64,000 nucleotides of DNA from Entomortierella parvispora E1425 (lineage: Eukaryota; Fungi; Mortierellomycota): positions 248,001 to 312,000 of the forward strand of contig BQFW01000010.1 of the NCBI GenBank assembly GCA_020891255.1. The letters run 5' to 3'. Shown piece after piece: positions 58,172 through 64,000 of this stretch. Each line of letters begins with the position of its first letter. The stretch's first letter is position 1. The notes under the pieces are model-generated. The model was not told the origin of the DNA, searched no databases, and was given only the letters and a program-made list of their open reading frames with translations. Position numbers and translations under genes: made by a program.

Positions 58172-60871
58172 TTACCACCAGTCATAGTCAAAGTACTTGG
58201 GCATGTTCTCATCAGGTATGCCTGATTCCGTCAAAAGATCCTCGTAGTGACTCCGAGTGTCGTAACTCATCCCAAAGCCGCGGTCGGTCCAGAATCGATC
58301 CTTGTATTTTTCAACGTTGTGAACGACCGCAGTGTTGACATCAAACGCAGGCCAATGCCTCTGAATCCATAGCATCTCCTCCTCACCACTCAGAGTCGAC
58401 CTACCCTTCCTGGTCGACCGGACCCTCTGAAGCCGGTTCAGATCCTGCAAGTGATCCAGCCCGCCCGCGAGATCCAGGGTCAGCCCTTGAAAGAGCCTGT
58501 CCGGAAACGGAAGATGGTCATCCGGGTCAATGTCCTCGGGTGCTATAAACTCTTTTCCATTGTCGTAATTGTCCATTCCAAACGACAACTCGACCAGATC
58601 CTGCAATCGACTGAACTGTCGCTCCAGAATCTGGTGCTCGATCGCCCGACTTTTTTCCGGGATCGTCCTCATTGTTCTCCAGCCGGGAGTCCAATTCGCA
58701 CAAGGCCAATTGTCGTTGTCGTCCTGGGGTCCTGTTTCTTGGTGAGGCAAGTACGGAAATAAAGGCGGGAAGGTGGGAGGAGAGACAATGGGCTGCAGGC
58801 CTGGGCGGACCGGTGGAGGGAACTGTGGCCATTGTCGGAGGCCCGCTTTAGGAATCCCGCCAATCATGCATTTGAAGGACCTCAATCCCTCACAGACCCA
58901 CTTGCTTTTCAAGATATCAGAGGCCATCAAAAAGTAGTATTCGAACCTTTGACCTCTGGGAGCAAATGTTGGTAGGGCATCAAAACGCTTCAGGTTCGGA
59001 GCCATCGACAGCAAGGCCTGGATCCATTCACTCGAGAACCCCTCACAGTTGACCAGGCGCAAATTCTCGAGCGTTGTCGCGTGCTCCAATACAGATTTCA
59101 TTGTCCACGGTCCTAGGGCCCCGGCGCAATCTTGCAGTCCCAAGGTCTTCCAGCCCTTGGGGCCTGCGCATCGGCTGATAAAAAGCGAGAAGGTCTCATC
59201 CTCGAGGTAAATCGGTGCTTTGATGAAGAGGTTGAGCTCCTCCAGCAATGAGTGGATGTACCCTTTCTTCTTTTGATGCTGTAGGATCGCATGGAGGATC
59301 TTGATATCAGGTCGAGGCCCCACAATAGAAAGGACTCTCAGTTGACTCAACACTGTCCCAGTTTTCGGGGCAGGTGCAGGTCCAGGCAGGACGAGCTGCG
59401 TGATCCAATCTTGGATCTCTTTCCATTTATCCTCCTTTATATTCCAGTCGGACGGCCAACGCACATGGTAGCCCTCTACTCCATTTTCGAATCCCTGGAT
59501 CTTGAGTTCTTCCAGCGCCTGACAGGATTGGAGGGCCGCCACCAAGACTCGGACCTGATCCTCGATCGTTCCACGGAGGGCAAGGTTGGCCATGGAGAGG
59601 ATCAATCGTTTTAGATTCTTTCGAGATCGATCCAGGATTTGGAGCAGAGCTCGAGCATTGACGGGCGTAAAGATCCGATTGTTTAGTCTGAGGAAGGGTT
59701 TTCGGGAAATGGAGGTGTAGGGCTTTCTTAAGGTCAGTGGAGGGATTGCATTCACCGTGACACCAATAGGATCAGGAACAACGGTCGCTGGAACGACTGA
59801 CGAGCTGGCACTATCTGTGGGAAGAGGTGCAGTCAGCGAAGGGTGATTCAAAGCTGTTGACGTTGAGGCCTCTATAGCGAGCGATGTTGTTCCTGTTCTT
59901 GCTATCGAAGCTACTGATGTGGATGTTGTGATCGGTATTGTTATCGTAGAGACTGCTGCTGTGTTTGTAGGCAGCTGAGGATCTGCTGGGGGAAGTAAAG
60001 GTGGAAGAGTGCTACCACCAGTGGTTAGAGGTCGTATGCCCGTCACCAAGGCGGCTGGGGGTCCTGAAAAGCCATGTCCTGGAGGAGCACCAACAAAGTT
60101 AGGAACAGGAGGACGAAAGCCAGGCGGAAGAAAAGCCTGAAGTGCAGAGGGAATAGGAGGGCGAATAACTGAGGGAGGGAAACCTGTAGGGAATCCTGGA
60201 GGAGGAGGGGAAAATACAGGAGGAGGAGGACGGAATCCAGGAGGAGGGCCGTATCCAGGAGGAGGAGGAAGAGGGCGAGTAGGGCACAAAGGACGAACAC
60301 CAAGCAGGGTCCTGGGTGCCAATCGATGGGAGTATGCCTTCAGTGAAGGATCTCCTGTCAAATCGACCTGAAGTTCTGTGAGATGGAGCAAAGGAGGAAG
60401 GTTTGAGCGGGTTATATCGGGGGAACCGCCCTGAGGTCCACCTTGGGTTGTTTCCTTGTCATGAGTGTCTGTATTCTCAAGGGAGGGAGAGGGAGACGAT
60501 GGTGGACCTTGGTAAAAAAGGTCTAGAACACTAGAGTATTGGACATTCAAAACTCGGATCCGATAGATGTTGCGTTGTAGCAGTGACTCGAGAGAAGGGG
60601 TCGGATCAGTCGGTTGATCCTGTACGTTCTCACTGTTGCCATCTCCATCACTCACAGGCTGGTACTGAGGCCAAGAGCTGTAAGCGCCCATGAAGGAATA
60701 AAACACGTCTGAACAAGAATCGTAATCGCTGATATCAACCGAGTGCCAGATAAGGTCATTGATGGCGTTGTGCCAGGCCTTGTTGACGAGGACACAGCGC
60801 GTCAGGTCTTTCTGCGAAAGATAAAGGCCAATCTCCAGTAGGACCTCAGGCGGAAGATTTGTAGAGGGCAT
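58172..60871 (-). CDS. F-box/LRR protein with long Pro-rich insertion
   Basis: Start MPSTNLPPEVLLEIGLYLSQKDLTRCVLVNKAWH; LRRs; WVCEGL near the C-terminus. Confidence 0.85.
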   Translation of the reverse strand: MPSTNLPPEVLLEIGLYLSQKDLTRCVLVNKAWHNAINDLIWHSVDISDYDSCSDVFYSFMGAYSSWPQYQPVSDGDGNSENVQDQPTDPTPSLESLLQRNIYRIRVLNVQYSSVLDLFYQGPPSSPSPSLENTDTHDKETTQGGPQGGSPDITRSNLPPLLHLTELQVDLTGDPSLKAYSHRLAPRTLLGVRPLCPTRPLPPPPGYGPPPGFRPPPPVFSPPPPGFPTGFPPSVIRPPIPSALQAFLPPGFRPPVPNFVGAPPGHGFSGPPAALVTGIRPLTTGGSTLPPLLPPADPQLPTNTAAVSTITIPITTSTSVASIARTGTTSLAIEASTSTALNHPSLTAPLPTDSASSSVVPATVVPDPIGVTVNAIPPLTLRKPYTSISRKPFLRLNNRIFTPVNARALLQILDRSRKNLKRLILSMANLALRGTIEDQVRVLVAALQSCQALEELKIQGFENGVEGYHVRWPSDWNIKEDKWKEIQDWITQLVLPGPAPAPKTGTVLSQLRVLSIVGPRPDIKILHAILQHQKKKGYIHSLLEELNLFIKAPIYLEDETFSLFISRCAGPKGWKTLGLQDCAGALGPWTMKSVLEHATTLENLRLVNCEGFSSEWIQALLSMAPNLKRFDALPTFAPRGQRFEYYFLMASDILKSKWVCEGLRSFKCMIGGIPKAGLRQWPQFPPPVRPGLQPIVSPPTFPPLFPYLPHQETGPQDDNDNWPCANWTPGWRTMRTIPEKSRAIEHQILERQFSRLQDLVELSFGMDNYDNGKEFIAPEDIDPDDHLPFPDRLFQGLTLDLAGGLDHLQDLNRLQRVRSTRKGRSTLSGEEEMLWIQRHWPAFDVNTAVVHNVEKYKDRFWTDRGFGMSYDTRSHYEDLLTESGIPDENMPKYFDYDWW

Positions 60872-61315
60872 GTCGTTTTTTGTCGTAGGTGTTGTTGTGG
60901 ATGGGTGAATTATCGCGAAAGAAAAAGAGAAAATAAAAGGAAACAACAAAAAAACACAAAAAGTGATGTCTCTCCTAGAGGGCGCAGCTCCTTTTTTCGT
61001 TTTTCTTTTTTGGCCGCGCTCTGAGCACTGAACTTTGATTTCCTGTAGATCACAATTGCAGCGCCACCTGCCGTCTTCTCCTTGCCCCAGTCTCCCTTCT
61101 ACGCGACATTCACGGCGAAGTTTGCGTAATGTGCTAGAGATTGCCAAACCGTCTAACTTTCTACTCAACAGGTTGGGTGAGAATCACACCCTTTATTTTT
61201 CTTTACTCAATATGTACATGGAGTTTCTGACATCGCATGCCAGGGCAGGAGGACGAAATCCTCTTTTGTAGATGTTCATTCAAGACGCCTTCACTTCTTG
61301 ACTGGAAGGCGTGCG

Positions 61316-62827
61316 CTAGTACAGCCTCGAGAATCTGATCCCTGTTTGGTCCAGATTCGTAAAGAGGCTCAAATGACACTTGATCGCAAGGTATACAGGA
61401 AACTGACCAGCAAACATATCCATGATGGCTTCCAGCGAGTAGACCCCTGTGAATAAGCGTTCCGTCATGAGAGGAAACCACGCATCGTACGGATCCACAA
61501 AGTTCACTTGCATATACTCCAAGTCCCGACAGACCCAAGGCTTCAGGCTCAATTCTCGGCTGCCATCTGCAGGATGTTTCTGAAAAGGATCACATCGAAA
61601 CAGATGCCGGGCCCGTACCATCACAGCGCCACCCCTGAATACCCGAAGCTTCCTGAAGTGACCGAGAAGATCAAGAACCATCGTTGTCAAATCCTGTTCA
61701 TCAGGCGCCGAATGTTCAATGATCAGCTCCTCCAAGGTTCCCGCGAGGATGTCTTTGCCCCTCAGAACAGCACCCAGGACTTGCTCGCCATTGATCCCTC
61801 CGTTGATCTCATAATAGCTCGAGTATATATGAAGACATCGGAGTGCCATCCACCGATCTTGAGCACGCCCTGTTGAAATCGAGCTCGGCATAAACAATGC
61901 TGCCTGTGATGGATCCGTTGGCATTTCCAAACCAAGCAAATAACGAAGCTCGTTCATCTGTATCCAGTGACCACCCAGTTGTAAATCCTTGAGTCGTGGG
62001 CAATATCGTCGTATGGTATGGGCGAGTTCCTGACATCCTGTCGAGATCGATAGTCGAAGTAAAGGCCGTTCGCTGCTCTTGATCAGCAGTTGTTCAAGGT
62101 AGGGACTTGACTCTACAATAGACACCAGGGGGTAGACGTTGAAATCGCGGGTTATTAACCCGAAGCTCCGTAACCTGTAGCTTGTTCTCTTGTTCTCCCT
62201 CTCCTTATCCCAGTCTCTGATACATCTTGGCAGAGAACTGGCACTTCCATCCGTGGGGCGCGTCTCCTGAATGACGTGTAGTTCCCGCAAGGTCGGAATC
62301 CGGTCCAAGATGAACTCGATGGCGAAAAGCTCAAAAGAGCAGCACTCAAGGGACAGAAAGCGAAGGCTTGAGAGCGTAGAGACCACCTGAAGGGTTCTTT
62401 CGGGTAGGGTGGGCACATTGCCTAGTAGGAGGTTCAATCGTCTCAGTGAAGTCCTATGGGTGTGGAGGACAGAGAGCATCCAATCCGCAGAATCCCCCTG
62501 GATCTTTGGCGACGTAAAGGCGGTCAGGTTCCGTAGGTGCATGAGACGACTGAAAACTGGACAGAATAAAGGGCACTCGAGCACGCGAACAAAGACCTGG
62601 TAGCGCGGGAGGGCTCGCACAAAGGCTCTCTTTTCAAAGAGTTCGGGCTGGATGGAGCGCCAGAGGTGAGATGCAAATGGGCGGAGCCAGCACTTGGCGA
62701 CCGCGCATCCATTGGCGAGGTCGGACCTGGGAAGAAAAGCGGCAATCAGAGACAAGATCTCGGGCGTGTCCAGGGGATGTATGTCGGACATTGCACCTTT
62801 GCCGCGAAGAGATGGAATCATGGCCAT
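61316..62827 (-). CDS. F-box-like/LRR protein
   Basis: HPLDTPEILSLIAAFLPRSDLANGCAVAKCW motif; LRRs; PWVCRDL. Confidence 0.82.
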   Translation of the reverse strand: MAMIPSLRGKGAMSDIHPLDTPEILSLIAAFLPRSDLANGCAVAKCWLRPFASHLWRSIQPELFEKRAFVRALPRYQVFVRVLECPLFCPVFSRLMHLRNLTAFTSPKIQGDSADWMLSVLHTHRTSLRRLNLLLGNVPTLPERTLQVVSTLSSLRFLSLECCSFELFAIEFILDRIPTLRELHVIQETRPTDGSASSLPRCIRDWDKERENKRTSYRLRSFGLITRDFNVYPLVSIVESSPYLEQLLIKSSERPLLRLSISTGCQELAHTIRRYCPRLKDLQLGGHWIQMNELRYLLGLEMPTDPSQAALFMPSSISTGRAQDRWMALRCLHIYSSYYEINGGINGEQVLGAVLRGKDILAGTLEELIIEHSAPDEQDLTTMVLDLLGHFRKLRVFRGGAVMVRARHLFRCDPFQKHPADGSRELSLKPWVCRDLEYMQVNFVDPYDAWFPLMTERLFTGVYSLEAIMDMFAGQFPVYLAIKCHLSLFTNLDQTGIRFSRLY

Positions 62828-63322
62828 GGATGAACGAGGAAAGAATGAGATTGGATCCGACGCAGTCAAGGTGGTGAGAGATATCTCCTTTTTATCCTCT
62901 TCCCGTCTCACATGCAGTGTTTGCAGCAAATAGCGCCTTGGCCCCTGGGGCAAAAACGCTCTCAGTCCGTGTCACCACACTGCACGACAATTGTTGTTGC
63001 CCATGGGCTCAACCCAACCAGGAAATCCGCGATGACAAAACCTCAAAGCCAGATGTTTGCTCGTCGTTCACTCTGCTTCTCAGTCTTTTTTTTTTTTTGA
63101 GTGGATGGAGTATGTCCTGCCATGTCCCACCCCTCACTTTTCTTGGAGCTCCTGTCCTCCCACGCATCAAGGTGCACGTGATGGCAAAAACCCCTTTTGT
63201 TTTTTGCCACCGTCAACTTTTTTTTCCCTCCCTTCTCTTCTTATTTCTTCATCCTTCTCTCATATCATTCTCCAATATTCAAAAAGTCATCACAATCCGT
63301 CCTTAACCCTTCGCAACCAACC

Positions 63323-64000
63323 ATGCACATTATATCTCGAGACGCAAAAAGACGTTTGGTCGCCGATGACCACACTACCACACTCTCTCTTCTTCCACAG
63401 CATCCTCAGCAGCCGCCAAGTGTCCTATTCCTGCCAGAGGTCTTGTTCCAAGTTGGCACACTTATGGACTATGCTGAACTTTGGTCCTGCTCTCTTGTTT
63501 GCTCCAAATGGCATTCAACATTCTCGCCGTTCTTGGACTGGATGGCGATTGGCGACTTCATGTGGTATATGAGTAGAAACAAACATAGGTGCAACGCTAA
63601 CTCTTGCGCATGTACAGACGAAAATCGTGACCGGTGGTGTCCTCAAGGAAGCGATTTTATCAATACGCTCATTCAAAGGGTTACCAAACCCGATGCCGCC
63701 TTTGGGTTTCACAGCTCTCGAAACAGCGAGTTGTTCTTTGCGCGCCTGGACTACATTGAACCCCACCCCGACTCTCCTACCCCGAGCTCAACACCAACTC
63801 TTCGAATCGATTCCATCTGTTTGCTAGCAGAAAAATCCAAAGGTTTGGAACGACTCTCTCTGAACATGAGGCAAAAACTGGATGTTCAGACAGATCAACA
63901 GCAATGTCAGTGGTCACGGGACTTGCGCGATCAAACGGACATGGAGGTTTCGAAGGAGAGTAGTTCTTCAAAGAAGGCTGAAAGTGATTCCAAATCGTGT
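63323..64000 (+). CDS. F-box-like protein, paralog of 21684 (5' part, runs off the window)
   Basis: MHIISRDAKRRLV..LFLPEVLFQVGTLMDYAELWSCSLVCSKWH..SPFLDW..ICLLAEKSKGLERLSL; open to 64000. Absent from the ORF track because it has no stop. Confidence 0.85.
   Translation, partial: MHIISRDAKRRLVADDHTTTLSLLPQHPQQPPSVLFLPEVLFQVGTLMDYAELWSCSLVCSKWHSTFSPFLDWMAIGDFMWYMSRNKHRCNANSCACTDENRDRWCPQGSDFINTLIQRVTKPDAAFGFHSSRNSELFFARLDYIEPHPDSPTPSSTPTLRIDSICLLAEKSKGLERLSLNMRQKLDVQTDQQQCQWSRDLRDQTDMEVSKESSSSKKAESDSKSC

Overview
Intron-containing eukaryotic DNA. It is inferred to come from an early-diverging fungus (Mortierellaceae-like), based on short GT-AG introns, the F-box/LRR protein style and long A/T homopolymers. 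About 24 F-box(-like) genes or remnants fill the window. These include a 5-copy F-box/LRR tandem array (1-8.8 kb) and an 11-copy array of small F-box + CxxC..CxxC proteins with a hypervariable C-terminal segment (34.1-46.1 kb) that is interrupted by an enolase gene. Housekeeping genes: an animal-type RECQL4 with an Sld2-like N-terminus, U2SURP/SR140, enolase, RPL3 and NMD3. Reading beyond the ORF track shows: a hidden last exon giving an F-box/WD40 protein a HARE-HTH-like C-terminal domain; a 4-exon orphan gene at 54.1-55.1 kb; an intronless bacterial-style cupin; and a small Cys-rich secreted protein with a decayed twin. The main non-genic structure is a ~5.2 kb quasi-palindrome (two ~2.4 kb near-identical inverted arms around a ~455 bp spacer, 28.75-33.98 kb). 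All family calls are from motif recognition by eye; no database search was run.
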